From Lepidodermella squamata (lineage: Eukaryota; Animalia; Gastrotricha), in NCBI GenBank assembly GCA_047495785.1, contig JBLDXI010000019.1, positions 2,542,001-2,606,000 of the forward strand: DNA of 64,000 nucleotides. Direction: 5' to 3'. The position numbers and the translations under genes are program-made. This document shows, piece after piece, positions 1 through 13,342 of this stretch. A model generated the notes under the pieces. The model did no database searches and was not told the origin of the DNA. It worked only from the letters and a program-made list of their open reading frames with translations. The stretch's first letter is position 1. Every line of letters starts with the position of its first letter.

Positions 1-3000
1 AGCACTTTTTGAATAATTGTGACAATTTTCGAGAATTTCGGCCGTCGCATCGGGTCGACCTGCCAGCAGTCGAGCATGAGGGCGTAGAGGACTTCTGGGC
101 AGCCGGGTGGCGGGGGGAGTCGGTAGCCGCCCTCGACAGCTTTCACCACGTCCTGGTTCGTCCAGTTCCAGTACGGCCGTTCGCCGTAGGACACGACTTC
201 CCACATGACGACGCCGTACGACCACACGTCGCTCGATGGCTTGAATTTGCGGTAGAGAATGGCCTCGGGCGCCGTCCATCGAACGGGGATTTTGCCGCCG
301 CTGGTCTGGTACACGCCGCTGCTTGATGAGGCGTCGTCAAATGTCGAAGAGGCGTGAACCAATTTTCGAGCCTGAAATTAAATGAAAAAAACGCAATTAA
401 AACAAGTGCATAACAAATCCCGAAAATTGTTGAATGAGAGGGAAGAATAATAATAACAAAAATGTTTTTAATATTAAATTTATAGGAAATTGATCCTTAA
501 TTTGCAATTTAAAATTCATTTTAAAACAGGAGGAACGATATATTAGGAAAATTCAAAACATTTCAAGAAAATATTGAATTCAAATTGAAACAGAATTTTA
601 AAATTTTGAATTCTATAAAATTCAAATTCAAAATTCATTTTAATTTTAAAATTTAAAAAAATTCATTAAAATTCAAGTGAAAGTCACAATTTTGAAAGAA
701 ATCTCCAAAATTCGGATCCAAGACTTGAAATTTTCCGAGAAAAGAGCTTGAATTTTTTCAATTTTTTGTTTCACAAAACGTGGCTTTTAAATTAAAAATT
801 TCTTAATGCTGTCTCTATAGTATTTTCAAACTGGGATAGTACAAAGCAACGTTTTTTTTAGAAAAATCGAATGAATCTAATACGCATTTCAGAATCTTAT
901 AATTCATCCCTAATTGGCCACTAAAAATTAAAATTATTGACCTTCGTTTGAGTTGTCAATTTAAATTTTCAAAGAAAATATTCATAAGTTTGACCTCAAA
1001 TTTTCTGATTAATTCTTTCAAATTAACTATTTTTTCTATTGATGAAATTCTATTGATATTTTCTATTGATGAAAAATTTAACTTACCAATCCGAAATCGG
1101 CCACTTTGCAAACGAGATTAGGCCTGCTTGATACCAGGACATTTCTCGCCGCCAAATCGCGATGAACAACGCCCAGCGAAGCGAGGTAGGTCATACCAGA
1201 CGCGATATTCAACATCATAGTCGTCAGCTGGACCACCGTCAACTCGCCCATATTCTCCCGCAAAAACACATCCAACGACCCGTTCTCCAAAAACTCAGTC
1301 ACAATCATCACCGGCTCACACCGGGTGATGACACCCTGAAGGGCGACGATATTCGGGTTCTCAAACTGAGCCATGATGCTAGTCTCCATTAGGAACGAAA
1401 TCCGATCCCGCTCAGCCGCGCCTGGTTTCAGCGTTTTAATCGCCACAGTCTGCGGCGGTTTACCAGGCAGCCGCAACTCGCCCCGGCAGACCTCGCCGAA
1501 CTCGCCCCCGCCTATCACAGCATCGATCCGGATACAGGCCGGGTCGATTTCCCGAGCGAATGCCCGAACCGCAATTGTCGGGTCGTCGTACGTATGCGGG
1601 TCGACAAACTCATTCGAATTCGCCTGGCGGTACGCCGTATACACCTTGGTGATAACCGGCGGTAACGAGTTCAAAAAACTCGGCGCAAATGACGATAATT
1701 TCTGCGAATTTTCCGCCCCATTTTCCAGCAACAACGGCGGTGATGTGAAATGGGTGGAGCAAGTCGCTGAATTCGACCCGTTGCTAGTCTCCGTGTTATT
1801 CTGAACGACCCGGCCGGTAAGGTACGGCTTGAAGAACTCGCACTCGGCCTTATCAACGTAATTCGCGATCAGGCCTTTACGGGATGACCCACCCCCTGAT
1901 AACGACCTGCCCTTCCGGTTTGTAACGTACCAGAAGATGAAGAATAACCCAATTGACACAGCAATTGCGATTACAACGGCTGTTCCGATGAAGGCGGGCG
2001 TTTTTAGGGCGGATGCCGCTAAATTTGGGTCAACGTAAGCCGGCGTGCGTACAATTAGCGGCGGCGTAAACTGGGTCAGGGTCACACGTGTCGATTTTTG
2101 ACCGTCTGGGAAGACTAAGGCCGCCCGCAGCTTGAATTCGTACAACTCGTCGAATTCTAGCCCGGTGATGTTGCAAACGGCCTCGCAGCCCATTAGCCGG
2201 TACTGGTCGGTGTTTCGGGCGGCGCGGCATGCGGCGAGGTCACGTGACAGCGAAATGCCGCCTAGTGAGCAGTTCCATTCGACGACGTGGAGCCGCGCTG
2301 ATTCGCGGGCGAAGTGAATTTCGAACCGGTCGACGGTTGCTGGCAGCTCGTTCGATTGCAGATCGTCGAAGATTTGCCAGCGTAGTGCTACGCCGACTTG
2401 GCGTTCGTGGCCGTGTAAAAATGTGATAAATTGCAGTTGTGATGTGATTGAGCGATCTACAGAAAAAGAGCGAAATTTTAAAATAATTATTAAAATTATC
2501 AAAAAATAGAACAAATTCGAAAAGAAATAAAATTAGGAATAAATTAAAAAAGACGAAATAAAATAATCAAACTAAATGTTAAATTAAATTTTAAATTAAA
2601 TTTTAAAAAATCCCGAATTTTATTATTGAAAATTGAAATTTTTTACTTACATCCATTGAGTGTTGTGACATTGACAGTTCTGAAGTTGTTCGCATCTGAT
2701 GCGACTCGTGAAACGTTGTTCTCAGCGTAAATTGTAAAATTGTACGACCGACCCGGGTACAATTCTTGAATCATCACACTAAAACAAAAATTATTAAAAT
2801 ATTTTTCAGATTTTTGCACGCATTTTTTTCTCACCTTCGCTCTCTTGTTACAGCATTAGGTACAAAACGGACAAGAGATGAGCAGCCTAGGCATTCAATG
2901 CGGTAGAACAGCGGTTCATCCGGGCGTTCGCCGATGTAGTCCGGCTGGTCCCAGCTGAGTAGAATCGCTGTTTGGTTAACGGCCTTTCCAGCCACGTTTC

Positions 3001-5627
3001 GAGGCGCCGATGGCGGCCGGGTGCAGGCTGATGAGACCGAATCAGACGGGGCTCGCATGAACCCTAAATCACATTCGCATGATACTGAGCCTGTTGATAG
3101 GCTGTGACTGTTCCGGGGACACCGAGTACACGGTCCGGAGCCAAGATCGGGTTTGAAAGCGTTAATTGGGCAATCTGAAGAGAAGAAAAAATCAGTAAAT
3201 TAATGAAAATATTCAAAAAATACAATTCCATGAAAATTTCAAAAATTATTAAAAAATTATTAAAAAAAATAATCAAAAATGTTAATAAATGTTCAATAAA
3301 TTAATTTTGTTGTATATTCAAGAATTTCAATTAATAAATTCAATTTTTGAATTCGAATTTCTGATTTCTGAGAAAAATTATTCTCAATATTACCTGAGCA
3401 TTTTAATCTATTGCTATTAGTCACAGTGTCAGAATTGATCAGCAGCTCCGAGCCAGGTGAGCACTGGCAAAACTGGTCATCAATCGCGAGATGACTGCCA
3501 TCGGTCAAAACGCGGCGCGAATAGTCGACCCAATCGCCGGACGGGTTGCAAATCAACGACGGCGGGCTGTTCAACGCGAGATACGTATACTGGGCGTTAT
3601 CAACGCACAGGCCCTGAACTTTCGACCCGTAAAACCCGGAAACCGACCGGGCGACCGGGACTGTCTGCGGGAACGAAACTAGCCCGACTTTCGAGCTCGG
3701 GCAGTAGTTGTAGTAAATTCTAAGGCGGACAAGCCCGACGCAGGCACCCTGTTCTTGCACGGTGACTACAAATCGAATCGGGCTTTGAGAATCAGATCGA
3801 TTAACGACAAAATGGCGCCGTTCTTCTGTGACGTAACTCCTAATTTGATCGCCATCAGGCAACCCGGTTGTGAGCAGTTTGCCGAACCCGGCGTTCAACG
3901 GGCCGCCCTCCATCGGGTAGAATTCCTGCGACGAAAAATCGCCGGATAATTCACGATCATTCTTCATCTGCCGGTACCACATCGAGAAATAATCGCCCGA
4001 ACAGCCGGGTTTTGTGCAGCGAACTATCGTGAATGAAATATTGACGTAGATTTTCATGCTGTCTGTACCCGGCCCGAACACCCAGGGCGGGATTTCGATG
4101 ACGGGTGAGTACATGTTAGCCGGGTCAGGCAGCGGTTTTGCGCCCTGGCTGCGACCGCGTGATGTTGCGGACAGAGCGGCTAATTTTGCCTCAAATGATT
4201 TTTCGTAGTCGTCCAGGAAGCACATGTGAAGGCCTTCTTGTTCTTCTGAATCGCCGATGAATGAAATGCGGTCGCTGACATCGCGAGGCTCGTCGCCAAC
4301 CCGCAGGGTGACTGACCGCCAGCCCTCGCCATTCGGCATCGAATCATACAAAACGCCTGAAAAAAATTAAAAAAATCCAGCTTAATAAATTTTATTTCAT
4401 ATTATTTTTGTTTTCTTTGCTCCGTTTTGTTATTCAAAAGCGCAATGTACGCACTTGATAATTGTTACACTAATGTAGACGAGTTCGTAGTTTGCGGGTC
4501 TGGTTGCCGACTGGGGCGAGAAAAGGTCGATAGTGTTAAATTAGCCTTATCGCGATTTGCCAGTGTGTATTTGCCTTTCAAGTGTTGAAGCATGCCACCA
4601 CGCAACGCCAGGTGGATTTTGTGCCCACGGGAGTAGAGTATAGCAGTAATGGGTGGCTACACACATATCTAGAGCAAACAACCCAGCAACAAGACGCTAA
4701 ATAGCGACATTGTATCGAAATCTGTGAGGCGCTGGGACCCTGAGCCCGTCGCAACAGCGAAATTACGTGCGCGACGACGTGTTTGCCCGCAATCCCTTCG
4801 TCGTCGTAACCTTCTACCAGCAAACATCGGCGCCCAATTATTAGCCCACGCGCGCCTTTTACAGGTGAGCTGCTGCGGAAGTGCCATCCATACTCAACCC
4901 GATCAGTAGGGGCAATATTAAGGGCAACATATCACCGGAAACAAGCGGCGGCTTCTTTATTATTATTATTGCGGCCTGTCATCAATCACCACACTTTGTT
5001 TATCAACGCCAAGAAAGCAGAAATTTTTCATCATCATCATCACCATCATCAATTTGTAGACAGTAATGCATTTATCTAATGCGGCGATCTAAATTACTAC
5101 TGACGACTGACGAGTGACCCTATAATTGACCCACATTCGTGCGCAAGGCTGGCTGGCTTCTTTTCACTAAATTTTATTACCCTCAATGAAGCTTGGTTGG
5201 CTTCTTCATGCCATCTCAAGAGAGCGAGAGAGAGAGCGAAAATTTAACTCAATAACGTTACTTAGGGTCATCATGGCTTCACTGGAGGGCCAGACAACGG
5301 TGGCTGCGGCTGACTATCTTATGTCGATGATGATGATGATAAAATTGAAAACACGATGTCGCGGTTGCGCAACGCAGCGCTTTTTGATTGAAAGCGAGAT
5401 TTTTAAGGTGGACTTTTTCAAGTGCGCGCGCGCGAGCGTAATCAAAGCTCAGCAGCCAGGCCGCTCTTGGTAACACCTGCGCGCTCGAAACGCTTCACTA
5501 ACTTTCAACCCACGGAGATTAAAGTAACACCTAAAATGACAGCTTATGATGGTAATAACTCACCGATTTCAGCCGATGTGGACGCGACAAACAGTGAAAA
5601 AACGACGACGACACAGACGGACGGCAT
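1..5627 (-). CDS. Eph: Eph receptor tyrosine kinase (3' end beyond window). Exons 5627-5564, 4356-3394, 3174-2835, 2778-2651, 2456-1087, 371-<1
   Basis: Signal peptide [19 protein letters not shown]; ligand-binding domain ([20 protein letters not shown]); Cys-rich region ([19 protein letters not shown]); two FN3; TM; juxtamembrane VDPHTYDDP; kinase motifs [33 protein letters not shown]|[30 protein letters not shown]. All introns GT-AG and in phase. Confidence 0.95.
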
Positions 5628-7889
5628 TTTGCGGCGGTTGCAGCGTGACAGAAAAAATTCTCAAAAATTCATGATGATTAAAACCCGAGTCTGAAAATGA
5701 TTTCTTGTCGAGTGTGCGTGTAGCTATAATAAATGGCGCCTATAAAAGTGAAAGGAAAAAATAGCAGTTGTAGAGTGTGTAGTATGTAGCAGTAGTAGTA
5801 GAAAAATCTGCATTGCTAAATTGGCGCCTAATTGAACCGACGAGTGACTTTTCAGTTGATTGGCATCGATTGGCGGCGCCGCGCGCGCGAACAATGGGCG
5901 CCGGTCACAACAAGGCGTGAGCAGCAGTAAAAAAAGGCTCGCGCCGCCCACAAATAAACAACAAGCACTGGTTGCTGGTAAGAGGCGCTTAGCTTATTGA
6001 ACCTAGGCGCGAAAGCAATTTTCGGGCGGCCATCTGGTTAAAAAATAACGATGAAATCAGCGATTGCTTTAATAAATAATAACGATTCGCTCGCCTGAGA
6101 ATAAACAAAAGATAGCAAAAGTAACTTCCCATTCTTAACTAATTATTCAGTGGTTAGATAAATAAAACAAAAAATAAGGTAAGTGATAGTCGTCGGTAAT
6201 AAAAACAAAGGCCAGACTATGGAAGTAGAAAATTATCACATGCTGTGTGTGGCGTGCTTTTATTTGTGTGTGTGTGTGTAAATGAGCAAATGCGACATAT
6301 GAAGGGACTAGCGCTATGTGTGCTCTAGTGTATGTGTAATGAAAATGGACCAATGGCGTTGCGCGTCTAATCACTAAGCATACGCGCTCGTGTGCGTGCG
6401 CGGAATTGCGCCCCGCCGATCAAAGAGGCGCATCGAGACGTCCTCTCAGCGAAAAGACACGCTCGTCGAGAGGCTGCGGACCTGGGTGCGGAGATTTCGA
6501 TGCCGTGTATCGGCTTCAAGAGGCCTTCATGTAAGCTGTGAGCGACGTGCGTTGAAATGTTCCCAAGTTTTGCTAAAGCAAACAAATCACGACTTGTTAA
6601 AGCTGTTGTTCAAACTGTAACCCTGGGGTGGTATCATGTTGCTGCTGAGAGGGCTCATTAAAGGTGTTGCGATTTCTGATTTTGTTATTTTTAAATCCGC
6701 TAGTTGCTGCTCAACTTTGAACTATAGACGTCTCTTTGTGAACACCTTACGACAACGCCGTCCGTGTAACGAGTAATAATGATAACATTGTCGCGGAATT
6801 TCACAAAGAGCGAGAAAGTTGAAGGAATTTAGTAACCGACACCGGTAGTTTGTTAAAATAACAACTCCAGCTGTGCTTCATTTGTAGAACAGTCGTTTCC
6901 AATATGTATCTAACAAGGCCCAAGGTAACCTCGAGTCCAATTTGATTTTGATGGGAAGAAAAATATGAAAAAAACAGAAAAATTCTGCCATGGTTAATCG
7001 ATTTCTCCATACATAATTTGAGCAATAAAATTTCTACCATAAAATATGTTGAAAAAATGCAGCTTTTATATCAGCTCACTTAGCTGAAAAAAACAAAAAG
7101 TAGAATTGGGGTATCCCAATTTTTTTTTAAATCTTCAAATCTGAAAGCCTGTTGCGGAACCGAAATTGATAGATGCGGAACCAAATTTAAACTTAATTAG
7201 ACACCAAACGCATACTTGAATAAAGCGCAATTGTTAAATATTTTTTTATGGATAAAATGACTGCGACGCGTTCTGAGCGTGAGGGTGTGGTGAGGATCTG
7301 ACCTTATCCTCGGATTATTTCAACGTATTTTTTTGTAGCAATTTTGAAGCCACGCAATTTCGATTTTTTTGAAATCGGGAAAATTTAAACGACTTGATTT
7401 TATTTTTCTCCTGAAATACCGAACTTGGAAGGCATGCATTTGCTGCGATGGAAAATTTGCGGTATTTTTTTTATAGATTAAATTTTCTCACCTTTTCCCA
7501 GGAAATGACCAAATAAGGTGAAAATATGCAAAAATCGAAATGCTAAGAGAAAACGCGGAGAGACGCCGAATTTTCTATCAAATTCCTATATCAAAACTTC
7601 TTTTTATGGGGAGTAAAATTCGAAGTCATTGGCTTCCTATTTATTTCAATTTTTTAGTCAGTTCATGAGTGTAATTTGGTACAAAAAGTGTCATATTCAA
7701 ATATGCCCGAAGATAATGTCATCGGTCCTCCTTAATGTCTTGGCTTTATTCCTATGCTAATTCGAAGCGCTACGACTGCTCTGATAATGACCCACAGAGA
7801 TTAACGACAGAGTGCTCGACCTTGGAGTTGAAAGGCTCGGTGCTAATAATAAGATACTGGATGAAAGCGAGTTAATAGCCTAGGAAATA

Positions 7890-8058
7890 CAGGGTGACCA
7901 ATTCCGCAATTCCGCAGAAGGCGAATTCGATGCGCATCAATTTAATGGGGAATTTTAAGCATTCTTTTGCCAATAGAACTCCTCAATTTCTCGAACTCCT
8001 CATTAAAATGATGCGCATCGAATTCGCCTTCTGCGGAATTGCGGAATTGGCCACCCTG
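7890..8058. mobile_element. Tc1/mariner-type MITE (169 bp)
   Basis: Long near-perfect terminal inverted repeats (CAGGGTGACCAATTCCGCAATTCCGCAGAAGGCGAATTCGATGCGCATCA ... TGATGCGCATCGAATTCGCCTTCTGCGGAATTGCGGAATTGGCCACCCTG), flanked by TA on both sides. Confidence 0.85.
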
Positions 8059-8567
8059 TATTATTTCAGTCGCGAAATATGGCGCTGACTGTAGCTTTTC
8101 TTGAAAATTGCCAAATGTTCGGCGAAAAATCAGCTAGCTAGTGATAGATTTATGATTTGCATATTTTGTAAATTTGCTGCACCTGTACTGCACCGCGCTA
8201 AACCTTTTTTAGGATATTGAGTGAGAAAGCTATTAAAAAATAATGGCTTTTTGAAAACTAGCTAGCGTATATCCATTGAGAAAGAATTTTAATATAACAA
8301 TGGCCCGGTCTTCCTGCTGTATAAAATGCAAAATTTTTCGACCTACGAGGCTTTGAGCGGATTACACAAAACTGACCAAAATTTAATCGGTATTTTATTG
8401 AAGAAATTACGAAAATATATATGAAGCGTCCAGTTGTATTTACAGCGCGAATAGATAAATAATAATACAAAAATTCGATCAGGGTCACGAGAATTTTTTT
8501 CTGCCATTATAATAATAATAACAACGAAGACGAAAATTACAAGTAACATTTTTATTACACTTCATTA

Positions 8568-9794
8568 TCATAAATGTAATGATGTTGCGGCGATAAATGT
8601 CACATAGCAGTACAAGTGTAAAGCGATGAGGCAACCAGCGGCGACCAGAAAGCCGGCAATATCTGGCACTTTGATGGGCTTGATCGCCAAGCAGAACTTG
8701 CCGATGCGCAACGACCGTTGTAGCGAGTATTTCGACGACGCGTAAATGCGGCACATAACCAGCGAGTGAAGCGTGCAGTACGCGGCGATCAAAAATTCGT
8801 ACATGGCATAGTCGTGTAGAAATATGCGCCGGCGGCTGTTGAAAACCGGCGGCGACGCATCGGCGACTACAACGTGCCGCAGCCATCCGATTCCCACGAG
8901 CAGGACCACCGAAAAAACCACCCGGTCGTAGTCGCCGGCGGGTAATACGAGGCCGAAAATCGCCAACACGGTCAGTACAAATAACGGCAGCAGATAATTG
9001 TACAAAAAATGCCCGCTAATCCGCCTTAATTTCACCGATATCGATACGCGGTTATTCAACACACCAATAGTAGCTTTTTTCGATATTAAAATGTCCCATT
9101 CAATGTTTTTTGAGGCGAAATTTTGCGGAATATCAGAAACCCGAGCCGAAGAGACATTATGACCCAGTTCGAAAATTATCGTACAGTCGTGTTGATCGAA
9201 TGGGAATCGGTAAAAATCAAACCCATCGCCGCAAATCGTAGATAAAGTACCGAATTCTGTCAACTGAAACGTGAAAAATCGATCGATTGAATCGAAGGTG
9301 AAAATCGATTCTTTTGACGCTTTAATTTCCGCGGAATTAAGGTGGCGAATAGAAATGTGCCGAAATTGATTCAGTAAATTTTCGTCGCCGCGGCCAGTTA
9401 GTTTACCCTCGAAATTACCATCGCAAATCGATTGCCAAGCAACTTTTACACTTGATTGAATTTTGATAGTTTCGCTGCTCGGGTCCAACTCGATGAATCG
9501 AATAGGTTCGAAGGCAAAATCTGCGGTTATTTCGCCGCCATTCGATCCTGCCAAGCGCATAGGTTGAAAATTCGGACAGGTATGAGTGATTTTAGATATC
9601 GACATTGATTTACTATCGATTTTAGGTGGCATTTGCGGAGTTATTTCTGTCGTAATTGTTGATTGTTGGGTCGTTGTTGTAGCAGGCGCGATTGTTGTTT
9701 CTGTATCAATCACCTCCAAGTCATCCGTAGAATCTTGGGCGGTGGAAAAATGCAGAAAAACCGAAAAATAAATCACGCGTTGAATAATCCTCAT
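8568..9794 (-). CDS. Intronless, highly divergent Cys-loop (pentameric) ligand-gated ion channel subunit
   Basis: Signal peptide (MRIIQRVIYFSVFLHFSTA), Thr-rich N-terminus, Cys-loop CGDGFDFYRFPFDQHDC, NIEWDI, pre-M1 VKLRR..FLYNYLLP, four hydrophobic helices. The first ATG is at 9794; the ORF track start is a GTG. Confidence 0.85.
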   Translation of the reverse strand: MRIIQRVIYFSVFLHFSTAQDSTDDLEVIDTETTIAPATTTTQQSTITTEITPQMPPKIDSKSMSISKITHTCPNFQPMRLAGSNGGEITADFAFEPIRFIELDPSSETIKIQSSVKVAWQSICDGNFEGKLTGRGDENLLNQFRHISIRHLNSAEIKASKESIFTFDSIDRFFTFQLTEFGTLSTICGDGFDFYRFPFDQHDCTIIFELGHNVSSARVSDIPQNFASKNIEWDILISKKATIGVLNNRVSISVKLRRISGHFLYNYLLPLFVLTVLAIFGLVLPAGDYDRVVFSVVLLVGIGWLRHVVVADASPPVFNSRRRIFLHDYAMYEFLIAAYCTLHSLVMCRIYASSKYSLQRSLRIGKFCLAIKPIKVPDIAGFLVAAGCLIALHLYCYVTFIAATSLHL

Positions 9795-11513
9795 TTTTTT
9801 TACCACACCTAGACGTTTAAAAAATGCTCATTAATGTCTCGGAAAAATTAATGCGTTTTGAAGCACCGAATCAAGAATTTGCGCTCAAAATAAGATGATA
9901 AAATAACAAGATGATGATATATCACGTCGTCGGAAAATTCGATAAAATAACATACATTTTTGTTCTAGAATTATATACTACAAGCGAAATCGGACGATAT
10001 TTATCGCGATCATGCCCTCGTCTACATTTCGCCGGCAGCTGGTCCTAGTGTCAACGATGAAAATAGAAAGTCTCTCGAGGCGTACACATATTGTTTTGGG
10101 TGTATGGATTCAGCAGCATCTAAATACTAAACAATGATAATAGTATAAGGCACTCTTTTCTCAGCAAATAATATACACAGGTCCAGATCGATTTTTGGCC
10201 CGGCCGCTACACGAAGACGTACGCAATATTCGTTAAAATGTGTCTCTTATATAGCATCGGTCATTGAAAAATTGGCAGCATAAGAAGCCAACTTGATTCG
10301 TATTATTCCTTTTGTTGATCAACAATTATAGTCATTTTATGCATTTTCCCATTTATCCATCATATTACTATGAGTGTAAATAGAATGCGATTGGCGGCAG
10401 TATGAACAAATATCCTTAATATCATTTCTTCAATGTTACATAGCCGCAGCCTCCGGGCAGCAACTGCTCGACACATTAGAAACAAGAACGGCTAAACCGA
10501 CATGGCAACAAATGCTGAGCACCAATCAAGCATCATATCGATAATAAAAAACTGCATATTGATGAATTGTTTGTTTACAGTTAGATCGATGATGGCTGCA
10601 GGCGTTAAATCGAAAGCAGGAAACAGGACTTCGCGTGGATAGTATGTTACAGTTGTTTCTCCTGCGTTTGTTCACATCTCACTGAATGAGGTAAAATCCG
10701 GGCTATTCGCGGGAATTAGACCTGCCATATACTTGCCGATAAGCGCGAAAGGGTGTAATTGACAGCCGCTGATGCGCGCCTGTAATCGAGCGTGAAAGCG
10801 CGCGAAACTCGAGCCAAACTTTTCAAAAAAGCGCGCGAATTTTAAATATTTCTAAAATATGTGGAATAATTAAATTGATAGTAAAAATTACTTATATAAT
10901 TTCATATTTTATTTTGGTGATTAGCAATTACCCGCAAAAATTCGAAATTTTAGCCGGTCGCGTGAGTGTCCACGTGTTCACCGCTCGCTGACCGCTGGCC
11001 AAGCGCGTGAATGCAAAGAAGATGCGAGATGCCACCATGTTCTAGTATATTCCGCTGACTCCATTGTTTCGTTTTCTCGATTTTTCTTGCTACGTAAAGT
11101 ATTCTAAATTTGAGTACCGGTTAATGAGTGAGCCAGGTTCTATTACAGCTAGCTGTTTTTCCTAAACTGCGCTTTGCTGCTTGCCGCTTTCAGTAAGCAT
11201 ATAAATTTAAATATACTTTAGCAACAACTTCTAAATCTGCCATTTATGCTGGAATAACATCTCAACATTATTCAAAACAGGCAGTTGCATATAGTTTTGA
11301 ACTTTCAAAGTTACTGAAACAGCAGTGAGAGTGCATATGAGAGTCAAGTTCAGGGCTAAGGGTAACAAATCAGGATGGGATAAACTTGTTGATTTGTTAA
11401 GATTTTAATCTAGATCTAGATTTTGAGCTGCGTCACACCCAATCTTATTTCATTTCATTAATCTTGGTTTTGTGACATTTCTGATTTAGATATTAATTAA
11501 TTGCTCAACAGAA

Positions 11514-13342
11514 ATGATATTCGATGCCATGTTGGTGATCCTTATTCTTGGATTTATTATCGGCTTCATCTTGGCGTTCAGCATGGGAGCTAATGATGTC
11601 GCCAACTCCTTCGGCACGTCTGTGGGATCGCGTGTCCTCACATTCAAGCAAGCGTGTATTCTTGCCACAATTTTCGAAACACTTGGCTCTGTGCTACTGG
11701 GTGGCCGAGTATCAGGAACCATCGCAAAAGGGATCGTAGATCTCGACCTTTATCAGAACAGCACTCAAGATCTCCAGCTCGGCTACTTATCATCGCTGAT
11801 AGGGGCGAGTGGCTGGTTGATGGTTGCTACAATATTCAAATTCCCCGTCTCGGGTACGCACAGTATTGTCGGAGCAGTTCTTGGTTTCACCTTGGTTGCT
11901 AATGGAGCTGTTGGCGTCAAGTGGATGACTCTACTCAAAGTCGTTTCATCGTGGTTCACATCACCAGTTCTTTCTGGAATCACATCCGCTGCGCTCTTTC
12001 TTCTCATTAAAGTATTAGTCCTCAAGAAAACGAACAAGCTCGATGCTGGCGCTCGGATTCTGCCTATTCTTTACGGTGTCACTCTTGCCACTAACATGTA
12101 CATGGTTCTTGACGAAACCTTCAAAGTAGTCAAGTTTGAAATGCCAATATGGGCTACATTCCTAATGGCAACTGGAGTCGGGTTACTCTGTTGGCTACTT
12201 GCTCATCTCTTTCTGACCCCGTGGTTGATGTCTAAGATTACGAAAAAAGTAGCCGCTGCCACGGCTAAAGCTGCGATTGAAGCTAGCGCAGTGACTCCTG
12301 ATATCAATATTGAAGAGTTTACGAATCTAGACGAAAACTGTGACACGCCTCCCACTCCGAAAACGTCTCCTCTGCCTCATCGTCACTTCCCGGCGTTGAC
12401 TCCAGGTGTCGATTCAGGCCACGCTTCTGTTATCTCTCTATCGACTGATTCAACTCCTCCTACTCGACCTGTGAAATTGACTGCAGGGAAGAAGAGTGGC
12501 GCGAAAATTGTCATCCCTCGATCTTCCGCTGATTCATCTGAAACACCTGATTGCGAGATTCAAACCGTAGCCGGTCAATCACGAGTTATAGCCGCCCTGG
12601 GCGAGTTGGAAGTTGCGCGGAAAAAGGACGAAAAAACCGAGAAAATCGAGAGAAAAATCGCCGAGCAAGAACCGGACGAAGTTCGCCATTTGTTCTCATT
12701 CATTCAAGTCGTCACTGCTGTTTTCGCATCATTCGCCCACGGTGGAAATGACGTTTCAAATGCGGTTGGGCCGATCATCGGCATGTTTGCCATTTACCAA
12801 ACTGGAAGTGTTAGCGCTGCTGCACCGAATGATGCGTTCCAATGGCTTGTTTTGCTGTTCGGAGGTGCTGGAATTTCTCTAGGATTGTGGATGGTATTTT
12901 TTAAATTATTTTGTCGAATAATCCGAATTTTACGATTTTTTGTTATTTTCAGCTTGGGCGCCGTGTGATGGCCACTATCGGCCACGATCTCGCAACAATT
13001 TCGCCCGCCTCAGGTTTCTGCATTGAATTCGGCGCCGCGCTGACTGTTCTCATCGCTTCGCATCTCGGAATTCCGGTTTCTACCACCCACTGCCTGGTTG
13101 GCTCGGTTGTTTTCGTCGGATTTGTCCGTTCTCGTCAAAGCGTCGACTGGAAATTGATGCGAAATATCGTGTTCTCATGGGGCGTGACTGTCCCGGTCGC
13201 CTGTGCAATTTCAGCCGCGAGTTTCGCCGCTCTTCAAGCAATTTTCAGCCAATTTCCGAATAATCATCAAATTGAAATGTTGCTCAACAACTCTACATCG
13301 AACTCTAGCTTGTTTTTCCATAATTCAACCCGTGTTTTTTAA
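11514..13342 (+). CDS. SLC20: Sodium-dependent phosphate transporter SLC20/PiT paralogue 1. Exons 11514-12893, 12953-13342
   Basis: [39 protein letters not shown] and [12 protein letters not shown] signatures; a 59-nt GT-AG intron joins the two ORFs. Confidence 0.95.

Noticed and set aside
4669-4887. [13 protein letters not shown] as the Eph signal-peptide exon
   Set aside because: It is short with a weak donor; 5627-5564 gives a full signal peptide, a GTGAGT donor and the correct phase.
12894-12952. Apparent frameshifts between adjacent ORFs (PiT1, lectin at about 61700, Cys-rich genes) as pseudogenisation or recoding
   Set aside because: All are resolved by short canonical GT-AG introns.
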